This document shows positions 25,147 to 37,111 of a stretch of 64,000 nt of DNA, piece after piece. This DNA comes from Octopus vulgaris (taxonomy: Eukaryota), in contig OX597814.1 in NCBI GenBank assembly GCA_951406725.2, positions 180,916,001-180,980,000 of the forward strand, given 5' to 3'. The position numbers were made by a program, and so were the translations under genes. The notes under the pieces are model-generated. The model ran no database searches. It was given only the letters and a program-made list of their open reading frames with translations, and was not told the DNA's origin. The first letter of the stretch is position 1, and every line of letters starts with the position of its first letter.

Positions 25147-28100
25147 TGTTCAATTTTTTATAAGAATACTTTTATAATAAGAGATCCTTAGTTCAGCTTT
25201 TTTCTTTCTTTTGTTACTTTAGTCCACAAATTAATTTATATGAGTGAATTAGGTATCCAATGGAGACATAATAGATGCAATAGCATTACAGAATGATTGA
25301 ATGCACAAGTGCTTCCCTGTCAGCTAATGCGTATAATATTATTAACTACTTGTGTATTCTTAGCGTAAAGTGGGTGCGGTAATATTAAGTTTTGTACCAG
25401 TTGTGGTAATAAATGACAAAATAACTTGGTTCTGAAGTTCATTGTTCTGAATTTCATAAATAATTTTGTTAGCAACACAGAAATTTTGTTGGCCTCTCAG
25501 TTTATAAATGTTTTGCAGTTTGTGTCCACTATGATACTGTACATGCAAGGAAAATAAGTACTGTAAAAGGCTCTGAAGGAATAAAATGACTATAAGTATC
25601 AATCTGAGGTATAAATGTGAATTTAAAAAAAGAGAGAGAGAGAATATGTATTTATCGTTAAATATATGTTTCTTGTAAATTAGACAATGCAACTGAATGT
25701 GTAATAAAATGAACTTACTGACAAAATGATGAATTAGTAGTAAATTGTTGCTAGATGCAGTAGTGGACTACAGAAACATGAACAGAAGTTTATGAGAATT
25801 TAGAATATGGTTTGTGGGCAAGAAGCAATTCTTTATTCTTGTGAAAGCCTAAGCTTTGATAGATATTAGGCTTCTTCTATTCCTTTACTGGTTTCAATCA
25901 TTGAACTATGGCTATACCGAAGCACTTCCTTCAAGAGTATAGTTATTATATCAATTGCAATACTTGGCTGGTACTTATTTTACTAACCTCAAAAGGATGA
26001 AAGCCAAAGTCAAATGGAATTTGATCTCAAAACATAAAGGGACATAACCAAATACCACAAGTCTTGTCTCTGCTCTACCAATTCTGCCTTGTAACAGGAT
26101 GGTGATAGATATTGTTTGCTTTGTTTTTTTTTATTAAAAATATAATTTCATTGATCCATAAATATCTATACCATAAGACATATATTTCTTTATTGCCCAC
26201 AAGGGGCTAAACATAGAGGGGACAAACAAGGGGATTAAGTCGATTACATCAACCCCAGTGCATAACTGGTAATTTATTTATCGACCCCGAAAAGATGAAA
26301 GACAAAGTCGACCTCATAAGACATAGAAGTTTAGAGATATTTTTATTTGCCTTAATCTGTTTAACTAGAGAATTCATATCAGTATTATTTTGTGTCAGTG
26401 ACTGACTATAGACAAGGTGTCTATCTACACAGTTATCTCCTCTAAGAACACAATTTCCCTATCCCATTCCAAAATGAAAAAGAAGAAATATTAAAATGAA
26501 AATGGCTTGTTTAATAAGTACTATCAACAAAAAATTTTTTAAAGTATTCCATTCCTATTTTTGTTAACAGATAATTCAAACACTGTAAGATGTTAGTCGT
26601 AAGTGGGTTTGTTCTTTTTTTTGTTTGGGGGGGTGATTTTTTTAGCACTATGGCTCATATTCAAATAAAATAAATTTGTTTTCCCTTTAGACATAGATAC
26701 TTCACCAGTTAGGTGATGATTTCATGTTTTTGCAGATATTTATGCCTTGCAAATACCTGAGCAAATTGTACATGGGGAAATTTTCAGTAACCATCTCCTC
26801 GTTCTCTTGAATGCTTCTAATGGTGATCAGTGTTATCATCATTAGAAGCACAGTTCTGTGATTTAGAAATTTGTTTCATTATCTCATGGTTCCAGGTTCA
26901 ATCACACTGCATATATCTTCTATCATAGCCTCAGGCTGGCCAATACTTTATTAGTGTAATTTAATTGATGAAAACTTTGTAAGCCTACCGTGTATCTTTC
27001 ATTGATGTACATCACTGAAACATGTAAATAGTGAGAAAATTGAAATACTGGTACTCTTCAAGAAAAGTTCTTTACAGAATTTGTTTGACAAGATATAAAC
27101 CCTTTCTTTTTACTCTATCATCAGAATCTAAATAATTGATGATTGGCCTACTGATGCCCTGTAACCAATGATGTTATTGTTCACTAATTGTGATAAAAAT
27201 AATTTAGGTACCTACATTGTACAGGTATTTAAATTACACATTAAAAGATCATAGGTTTAAACATTGCACTATATGCCCCTAGCTAAAACACATAACTGTA
27301 TTTCCCTCAGTTAAATCTAGTTAAAGAAAATGGTACAATTGCACATTGTATCTGATTAGTTTTCATCAGAAAAATTATTCAGGTGCCATGCAAAATCTCT
27401 TACAATTAAACCAATAATGTAAAGAAATTCAACTTCTTCAAAGAATTTGTGCTAAAAAAATAAATGTAAAAATATATAATAATAAAAGTCAATAACAAAA
27501 GAAATACCATCAACTGAAATGATTCTAGTCTCACAATATAGAAACATTTCCCATGGCACCAGCAGACAAAATGGAAAAGATGTTGCCTCAACTGATAGCA
27601 AGGGAGATGCCCTGGAACAGCAACTCTGTAGACCAATAATATATATTTTATTGGGACTGGTGAAAAAGACAATAAAGATTTTCTTTATGTAATTTGAAGT
27701 CAAACCAGCAAGACACTGAAGCAAATAACTGAACACATTTTAGCTGGTTCACTGACATTTGTGTCAAATCATGTTACTTTTTAAAAAAATGAACATGTTT
27801 ATCTTCTTAGAACCAATTTAATCTTGAGCCAATGAAGAAGCCTCTGCATATTCATTCAACATACTATAAATAGTGGCCAAATCTTACCAGAAGACATATT
27901 GGGGGATGTAATCTTAGTTATACTTTGCCTCATATAAGCTGATGATCTCAGCTGGAATCTGTTAGATCATAGGATGCTTGATTTGAGCTTTGTCCTAAAC
28001 AACTACAACCAACTTAATTCTGATTCTCATTGTGTAGTTTATTCTGTTGAAAAGATTTTCCAGAGTAAACCAAAGCTTGTGACCTTTCCTGGATTTCATT

Positions 28101-28316
28101 TTACTTGCTTCATTCATACCATTGGAAAATACATGCATTCACAAATTGCCAATTTCACTTCTGATAGTGTGAAGCTTTGTACCAATGTGTAAAAAAAATT
28201 CAATATTCATTTACAGTAGTATATCTGTCAGATCTTTAGTTGTGTGGAATATTCTTCTTGTATAAATGTTTCTATTTTGTACAATTTCATTAACTGTTCC
28301 TTTTGATCATTTCTAG

Positions 28317-28517
28317 GTGTACCCTTTCCACCAAGTCATCGATTACAAACACTAGAGGTGTTTGACCCACGAGGCAAACCTAAACCTGATGTTTTAAAGC
28401 AGCATTTCGTGTTAGAAGGTAGAGTCACAGAGGATGTAGCATTAAGGATTATTAATGAAGGAGCAGCATTGCTGCGGCAAGAAAAGACTATGATTGACAT
28501 TGAAGCACCTGTTACAG
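28317..28517 (+). CDS. PPP3CA: Internal coding exon of calcineurin A (serine/threonine protein phosphatase 2B catalytic subunit), equivalent to vertebrate exon 2
   Basis: Pyrimidine-rich acceptor TTTTGATCATTTCTAG| and donor G|GTAAAT bound 201 bp, phase 1-1. Translation [66 protein letters not shown] closely matches the calcineurin A N-terminal region. The symbol denotes the PPP3C/CanA orthologue group. Confidence 0.96.
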
Positions 28518-30149
28518 GTAAATTTAAAGGTTTTTTTAATACTATTTCTCTTCTTGTGTTCTTTTTTCTTTCTTTTCATTTCAAAATTTGGAAATAATCA
28601 TATTTTGGAAGCAGAAACTGAATTGTGCAACAGAGATAAAAAATATTTTATTTACATCACTTGATCTCACTGAAAGATATGTTATACTCCTATGTTACAA
28701 TATAAATCAGTATTAGAAAAGGCATTCTATTCTAAAGGCAAACTCTAATAACCCCTAAAAATTTAAAATTATCCAACCCATATTACATGAATAAAACATG
28801 TCCCAATATTTAAAAAATGTTAATACCATCAAACTGCCATCAACAGAATATGAACATGTGATCCAAGAATCAAACATTATCAATTTGGACACTTTCTTCA
28901 TTTTTATAAAGAAAAGGACCTAGCTTTTGGAAAGTTACTTATCATAGACCATTAGATTAGCATTCAGCACAGTAGATGTTTTTTCACAATTTGTTTTCTG
29001 GAGGTTGGTAAAAGGACAAACTATAGAAAATAAAGTATTTATATATCATTTAGTAATACAAACATCTATTGTTTGAAATACTAGAATGAATCTATACAAA
29101 GAACCATTTTTAACTCTCATTTTAACAAATATGGATTGGTTGTTTTCTCAGTTACATTTAGTATCATTTCAGCAGCAAACTTTACTGGCATATTCACACT
29201 GTTGAAATTCAGTATGGTACCTTTCTACTGTGACATTTTTTTCTTATTCTATTCTGACATGCAGTAACAACTCATTGAATTTTTTCTTTTCTCTTTTTTT
29301 TTTTCTTAGCCATTTTCTTTGAAGTATTATCTTCAACATCTAAATAAAATAGTTGTAGATAACACAAGGGAACATTTTTCTTTAAAAACTTTTTGTAGTT
29401 GTACTTAAAAAACAGGTTCAGGTATGAAAGCTGTTTTTTCTCTGCTGACATAGGTTGGTTGGGTTTGCAACACACTGAATTTCTAAAATCATTTTAATCT
29501 TGCATCATCTTTTCTGTAAAACCCAATATTCTTTGATCTATCTTCATCCATTTTCCCTAAGTCTTACTTGGTCTTCTACAAGCTACAAATAACTCCAACA
29601 AAATTTCTTCACCTAGATTGCATCCTCTGTTTATATGATATATCTCCATAGTAAAACTTGCAATTTCAATACAAACGCTAAGTACTTTAAAATTATTTAA
29701 CTACAAAAGATGCTAACCTTATACAGTATCTTAGTTTACTTTTTTCTTACTTCTGTGTTTGTATAATAATTTTTCTTTGAAAAAGTAGCAGCCTCTTTTG
29801 TTTCTCAATATAAAATGGATATGCAATCTGTTTTAAAATCTCAAGTTTCTTGACTAACTTGTGTATATTTCATTGGAACTGTTATGTATTTGCTTAATTT
29901 TTAATTTCTAATTATAAATGTTCTCTATTTTTAATTGGCACACACCAATTCCGTAACAACAAATTAATAATGATGATAAAATTCTCCCAAAATTAAGCAA
30001 TTATCCTCAATAGCTTTTTTATTTAGATTTATTTTTTTCCATATAGGTACTTACTTTTTTTTTCTTGATATGGAAAAATAATTCTTTGTAATTCAACAAA
30101 AGTTATTATATTACTTTATATTCCTTACTTGTATTGAATTATCTAGTTT

Positions 30150-31060
30150 ATATTGAGACACTTATAGTGTAAGATGATGACAATGCTATAGCAGCAATTT
30201 ACAGTGCAGACACTCCCTTTATCAACTGTTGACTGGAGATCACAACAGTTTTGACACCATATTGGTGCTATACAAGCAATGATGTGACCAGGAAATGTCT
30301 GGGTCATTTTGGACCATGTTGTAGTATGCTTTTTATCTCTACCATCCATGCAACCACCACACCAAACTGAACACAGCTGTAACCTCTCCAGCTATGCAGC
30401 AATTACTTTACTACTTAGGATTTGTTTTTTACTCTCAGCTTTGGTCTTTCTCTCACTTATATCTACCACATCATTATGATGAAGTATTTTCTGCTTCTTT
30501 TCCCACTTCATGAACATTGTTCTGCCTTTGTCCAATGAGTAGTAGTCATTGTGGATTTTGTTACAAATTTATGATATTCTGCCTCCATTGAAAGTATCAT
30601 GCACTGCAATCTTCATGCCACACACAATTCCCCCACACTTCCTTTAGTCCTTCATATCTAAGGCCTGTTTTCTCATGTGACTACTCAGTATTGTCGTTGT
30701 AAGGTACCATCAGCTTGAAAGGAAATTTTTTTTGATCTTGTCAGATCATGCCATAAAGTCAGAGCATTGTGGCAATATTACTTCGGGACTTATACCTTCC
30801 AGTCATTAATACTATGCAGAAGTCTGAATATTGGCTTTCTTTTGCTTACACTCCTGTGTATCATGCTCCTTGTGGAAAGACAAGATACAATTTGATGATA
30901 TTTGCATTAAAACTGTTGCTTGTTGCATTAGTGCATTAACAAGGCTACTCAGTACTTAGTTATGCTACTAGGCATGTCCTGCAAGGAATGACTTGCATTC
31001 TCCAGTGATGCATAAACATCATGCTGATGGCAAATAGGAGGAATTTCAACCTGGCTGGTT
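30150..31060 (-). mobile_element. Probable very old LINE C-terminal and 3' fragment
   Basis: Weak minus-strand relic similar to W.SDL.DKIKRNFFQA; heavily decayed. Confidence 0.35.
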
Positions 31061-32149
31061 TCTATTTTCCCCAGCGCATGCTATGCATGGGCCCAGGAAG
31101 TGCAAGTGCACCCTACAAAATTTTGTTGGGTACAAAATCAAAATTTGCACCCCTACCTACTTTTCTCAGGTTTAGAAAACAGTGAATAAAAAGTGATCTA
31201 TAAAAAGAAGCTCAAAGGTTTCTTCACAATGAACAAAAATAAATAAATAAAAAATAATAAGACCTTGTTTGTAAAAATTTTTGGACCTGGGTTTGCACCC
31301 CCTATGCAAATTTTGTTCCCCAAGCCAAAGGCTATATGATAGATTCCTTTGTTCTGCTGCTCTTTGGCTTTCTAACCTTATTTCTTTAGACACCCCCACT
31401 CCACTTTAATATGATGAATTTATTTCATCATAATGTCTCACTTGCTTTTGTTATTCTAGTGTTCTGCACTGCACCTGTTACCTCTCTCATTTCAAAGATG
31501 ATCTCTAATATAGGAAAGGAGGAAAAACACTGAAACATTAGTATAATGTTCATATACTAATGTGTCAAAATAACACTAAATTGTACTGAAAATATTTTGT
31601 TATACAAACTCAATTTAAATAATGTATACAAGCTGCAGGAGAAGTTACTATACTTATCTAATGTAAAGTTACTGTCATTTGAACATCATTTGTATTCTAA
31701 CAGATTATAAGGATTAACTTTGTTATTAATTTCTTAAAACTGCTTGTCCTCTCTTAGATATCAGCCTGCTAAAGCAGATTTTTTTCTATAAATTTAGCCT
31801 GCTTTTTTTTAGTTTTATTAATCTTCAGTTGTTGGTAACTGTTGCTATATACCATGTAGATTAGATCATATAAATATTTTACTTTTTGAACAAATAAATT
31901 CTCATTCTTTTGTTGATAATATAGGATTAGCTATTCTGTTATATTCCATTCTTAATCATTACACAATAACTTGTGTTGCTTCTATTGTGTGGACATTTTT
32001 ATGCATTCAAATATATATTTTAGCTGTATTTAACAAAGCCACTTCAATACAAATATGGAAATAAAGGAACATAAACAAAAGCAAAACAAGAACAATGATT
32101 TGGATTTTTACCTTGTATTTTAATTTTTTTGGATTTAAAACTTCTTATC

Positions 32150-34100
32150 AAGAAAATGGAGAACAAACTAGCTGTGCGTGCTAAACTAATATAACTAAGC
32201 AGATTTTTTTGTTTTTTGTTTTTTTCTCAAATGCTAACATTGAAGAAGAAGGGCATGTGCAGAATCAGTCAATCAGTGTAACTCAGTTCAAGTCTTTGTT
32301 GATGGGTGGATTTAATGTATTTATCAGGAGAGTTTCTTTAATCCTTACATTTCCAATATTTCAGCTTGTAGCTTTGGTAGTAACAGTGATATCCTTATTA
32401 TAACATCTTTTCAGATTGTTTTTAACAGTGGAAGCATTTGTATAAGTTTAATCTTTAATGTATATGTGCAGTTTTCAAATGGTGTTACCAATGCAAGATT
32501 ACCACATTTAATACAAACTATATGGTATTATGTACCATATAGCTGATGGAGCACTTGGCTAACATGCAAATGATATATTCAGTTTCTCCTTATAGATCAC
32601 TTGATATTTTACAGCAGCTGTTCTATCATTAAAATATGTTAATTTAAAAAAAAAAAAAAACAAGAGTTATTGTTGTTGAAAATGTGAACCTTCTTTGGGA
32701 TATTATCAATTCAGTGTCTGGCCAAGGATGCTGGACATTTGTTATTCTTTAACACTTTTTGGAACTTCATGGTGTTGGTAGCTCTGTCACTTGCTTTACG
32801 GTATCTATGATGTTTATGTAAAATTTTATTTTATACATAGGTAGTCATGGTTCTGGTAAGTAGGGCTGATCTGTAGGGTGCAGAAATCTGCAAGTAGCTT
32901 TTCTGTTGAAGATGGTATTAATGGATCTCTTCTCTGGGATTTGTAGTTTGAAATCAAAGAGAGAGATCTAATCTCATCCATTTCAAAGTCTACGTGTTTA
33001 TTGCTATTATTGAACATTTTATTTATGTTAATTGCTTCCCTGTATGAAATCAGCTTGAAAATGTCATCTACATATCTGGGGAATATAGCACAGATAAATC
33101 AGGTGTTACATGCACTAGGCTCTTGCTAGCCCATGTATGTAATGGCTATTAAACCTGATAAACTTGATACTATAAATAGTCCCGATGTCTGTTTATATAT
33201 ATTTATATGTTGATTGCAATAATGGTTGGGAGTTTATAGATGTCTAAAGATTTAAAGCCAACGCAGAAGTTGCAAGAAATAATGTAGTCCATTATTAGGT
33301 TGACAGCTGGGAGAACAAGTACAGAGGTGTGTAAAGGGAGATGACATCTAAACTAATGGTGTTTCTTATTATGTTTAAGTCTAGTGAAGTCAAAATGATT
33401 TAGTCTGCTAATAATGTTGTTAGAGTTGGGTTTGTATATTTTAATTAGGTGGTACAAGATGGTTAGTCTGCTATTTCTGGCAGTGAAATTCCACTTAACT
33501 TTATTTGAGAATCCTCTGTGGTTACAATTGTCCATCCAACTGGTATTTATAGTTTCCAACTATGTACATGTCCTGTTGGCAACCATTTTGTATTGTTGCA
33601 TAATATTCCTTTAGGTGTTTCACTAGAAGCTAGTTGGGTGTGATTTTATCTGAAGATGGATATACAAAATCCTTAGATTGTAGACTGAGGGTTACAGGGG
33701 CCAAGACTGAGCGTTTCTGTAAGATATTGAAGATGCACTGTTTAAGTTTAAAGAGTTTAATGTTGAGTCGAGTCTTGGTTGAAGGAGAATTGTTTACTGG
33801 GGTAGAAGTTGGTTTTAGAGCTGATATTCATTTTAATTTGTAGACAGTTGTACAAATGTTTGTTTCTGTGCCCTGTCGAAGTTTATCCTTAAACCATTGG
33901 ATTAAGATGGATTTGGGACTGAAGCTTAGTAATTTGTAACTGTGGATGAAGAGGATCCAGGTTTGTGACTAGTGGTTGAAAATGCAATGATGGACAATGT
34001 GTCTGTGATGTTGATAGCAGATTTGAATCCAAAAGAATTTGTTTGATTTGCTTTTTGTAATAGGCTGTTCAATTTTGGTAGCATTTGTTAATCACATTGG
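32150..34100 (-). mobile_element. Decayed Penelope-like retroelement ORF; boundaries approximate
   Basis: Minus-strand motifs occur in the correct order: LSLGP (~33700), LYHLIKIYKP (~33440, for YGLPKIHKP), SLDVISLYT (~33345), YKQTSGL (~33190), RYVDDIF (~33070), FNNSNKHVDFEM (~33000) and HPTDQPYL (~32870, for KPT..YL). Confidence 0.8.
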
Positions 34101-34166
34101 AATAAGTATGATATTACAGTGCTAGGGAGTAGAAAAAGTTTGAATCATAATTTTGAAATCTCTAAG

Positions 34167-34480
34167 ATCATCATCATTTAACATCCTTTGTCCATGTTGG
34201 TATGGGTTGGATGATTTGACCAGAGCTGGTAAGCTAAGGGACTGCACCAGACTTCAGTCTGATTTGGCATGGTTTCCAAGGCTGGATACCCTTCCTAACA
34301 CCAACCACTCTAAGAGTGTAATGAATGTTTTTACATGCCACTGGCACAGGTGCCAGTTGTGTGACACCAGTATCTGCCACAGCTACAATTTCACTTGGCT
34401 TGATGGGTTTTCTACTGAATCACAGCATATTGCTGTGGGTCTTGGTCATTTGTCATTGCCTCCATGAGGCCCAATGCTCA
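34167..34480 (-). mobile_element. RTE 3'-end copy
   Basis: (CAT)n TTAACATCC..GGATACCCTTCCTAACACCAACCACTC. Confidence 0.88.
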
Positions 34481-35357
34481 AATATTTTCTTCTAGTATAT
34501 GGTGGTGTCATCAGAACTTCTCATCATGAAGTTATGTATGAAACTGAAAGAGCTTTGAAAGGTATTCAAGCACAAGCTTTTAGATAGGTGAATGTTTATG
34601 ATAGTGTTAGGAGTAACACTTCATTTTAAACAAGCACCCAATCTTAGCATATTTTTTCAATAGATTGAATAATTTATCATTTTAGTAAAATCATCTCTCT
34701 AAAAATTACTAGTGACTTAAACAGCTATAAAGCTTTATGGTTAGTGACAATGCTAATCCAGAGGCCAAATTATTTTATTCAGCAAGCTACCAGCATTTCA
34801 AATTATATAATTTATGTACATATGTAAACCAAATATATTTTAAAGAAAGAATAGCCATATACCGAACCAACTGCAGCTGGTACAGCTTGAGGCAAATTAA
34901 AGCTATGCACACACACATATGTTGATAATGATAATTGCCTCACATAAAAAAAAATGAATTGAAATCATTATTGAGACATTTCTACGTCTTTGGATTTAAG
35001 TGACAAAAGCTTGTACAACACTTATGCCACTCTCTCAGTCGCCACAGTAGGTTCCAGTGACAAACATTGCAAGATGACCGGTACTATTTTGACTACAAGT
35101 TTTATGTCAGAGTAACTTTCTCCTGGAAGAGCTGCCTTCCCCACAGCTTTGTCAAAAAATAACAAGAGCCTCCTCTACCCCTGGAAAATCTATTTAACCC
35201 ATAGACGAGACCCTGATAGGTACTGTCATTCCAGATCAGAAGGGATCTGGAAGTAATGGTATTTAAGGGAGACTAGGAAATACACATAGAAAGTAGTGAT
35301 ACCCCAATACCCACAGAATGTACATGCATAGGTACATTTGCTAGTAGGCTGTTATGT

Positions 35358-37111
35358 GTGAAACCAGGCAAAGCCCCTGGCCTATCAGGAATCACTGCTG
35401 AGATGCTTAAAACAGCTGGCTATGTGGGCTATGCCATAGTCACCCGCATTGTAAACCAAGTAGTTCACAATGGAGTCATACCCAATGACTGGTGCAGCAG
35501 CACCATAGTCAACTGCTACAAGGGTAAGGGTGATGCTCTAGATAGAAATAACTACAGAGGTATCAAACTGTTGGACCAGGTGATGAAGGTCTCAGAGAAG
35601 GTCATAACCAATCTCATTAGGGAGAGAATTTGTTTAGATGAAATGCAGTTCGGTTTTGTACCAGGTAGAAGCACCACTGATGCTATATTCCTGGTCCGAC
35701 AACTGCAGGAGAAGTACCTAGCTAAAGATAAACCCCTCTACATAGCTTTTGTAGACTTGGAGAAAGCCTTTGACAGGGTTCCCCGTTCCCTTATCTGGTG
35801 GTCGATGCGGAAACTGGAGATTGAAGAATGGCTAATAAGGGCTGTACAGGCTCTATACAGAGAGGCTGTCAGCAAGGTTAGGATTGGCAACGAATATAGT
35901 GAAGAATTCCGGGTAGAAGTAGGTGTGCACCAGGGCTCAGCCCTCAGTCCCCTTTTATTCATCATAGTCCTTCAGGCAATAACAGAGGAATTCAAAACGG
36001 GATGCCCCTGGGAGCTCCTCTATGCCGATGACCTAGCTCTCATGGCAGAATCACTACCGGAACTAGAAGAGAAATTTCGGGTGTGGAAGCAAGGGTTGGA
36101 ATCAAAGGGCCTTAGAATAAATGTAGCAAAGACCAAAGTATTAGTAAGCAGCAAGAGGTACTCAGCACACACACCCTCGGGTAGGTGGCCCTGCTCAACC
36201 TGTAGGAAAGGTACAGGTAGAAACTCCATAAGATGCACCCAATGTAAGTTATGGACACATAAGAGGTGCAGCAACATTAAAGGGAAATTAACAGATAAGA
36301 TAGCTTTCATGTGCGGCAGATGCACAGGGACAATAGACACAACAGACACTCAGAAAACAGATTCCATCACACTCCAGGGAGAGAAACTAGAAGTAGTTGA
36401 TAGTTTCCGCTACCTGGGTGACCAAGTTAGTAGCGGAGGTGGATGCACAGAGAGTATCACCACTAGAATACGAATAGCCTGGGCAAAGTTCAGAAAGCTC
36501 CTACCCCTACTGGCAACAAAAGGTCTCTCCCTCAGAGCAAAAGGTAGATTGTATGATGCATGTGTGCGAACTGCCATGCTTCACGGTAATGAAACATGGG
36601 CTGTGACTGCAGAAGACATGCGTAGACTTGAAAGAAATGAAGCTAGCATGATCCGCTGGATGTGTAGTGTCAGTGTGCACGCAAGACAGAGTGTAAGCAT
36701 CCTGAGAGAAATGCTGGATATAAGAAGCATCAGATGTGGTGTGCAAGAGAGACGCTTGCGATGGTATGGTCATGTGCTGCGGATGGATGAAGAGAGATGT
36801 GTGAAGAAGTGCCACTCCCAAACAGTTGAAGGTATCAGGGGAGATGTAGACCCAGGAAGACATGGGATGAGGTAGTCAAGCATGACCTCAGAGCATTGGG
36901 CCTCACTGAGGCAATGGCGAAGGACCGAGATCTCTGGAGATATGCTGTGACTACAAAGACCCGGGCTGCTTTCTGCAGCAATTCCACATACCCCCTACCC
37001 ATTCTAAGTACCCCGGATCCCCAAAGTACCCTGGATCCCCAAAGTACCCTGGATCCCCAAAGTACCCCGATCCCCAAAGTACCCCGGACCTCGTTGCCCC
37101 CGTGCCGCTGA
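35358..37111 (+). pseudogene. RTE ORF with one frameshift near 36841
   Basis: After GIRG, the expected RPRKTWDEVVKHDLRALGLTEAMAKDRDLWRYAV continues in another frame (ORF 36896-37111). This fits a 1-bp deletion. Confidence 0.85.
37006..37090 (+). repeat. Minisatellite of about 5 x 18 bp (AAAGTACCCYGGATCCCC) at the RTE ORF end
   Basis: Units start at 37006, 37023, 37041, 37059 (17 bp) and 37076. Confidence 0.95.

Noticed and set aside
28358-28597. 79-aa ORF as a stand-alone gene
   Set aside because: It is the calcineurin exon read from an internal GTG through the splice donor into the intron.
31070-31340. GC-richer island with repeated TTTGCACCCC, a possible hAT-type MITE
   Set aside because: I could not identify convincing TIRs or a TSD.
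37006-37090. CRISPR-like short repeats
   Set aside because: The units are contiguous with no unique spacers, the context is eukaryotic and there are no cas genes.
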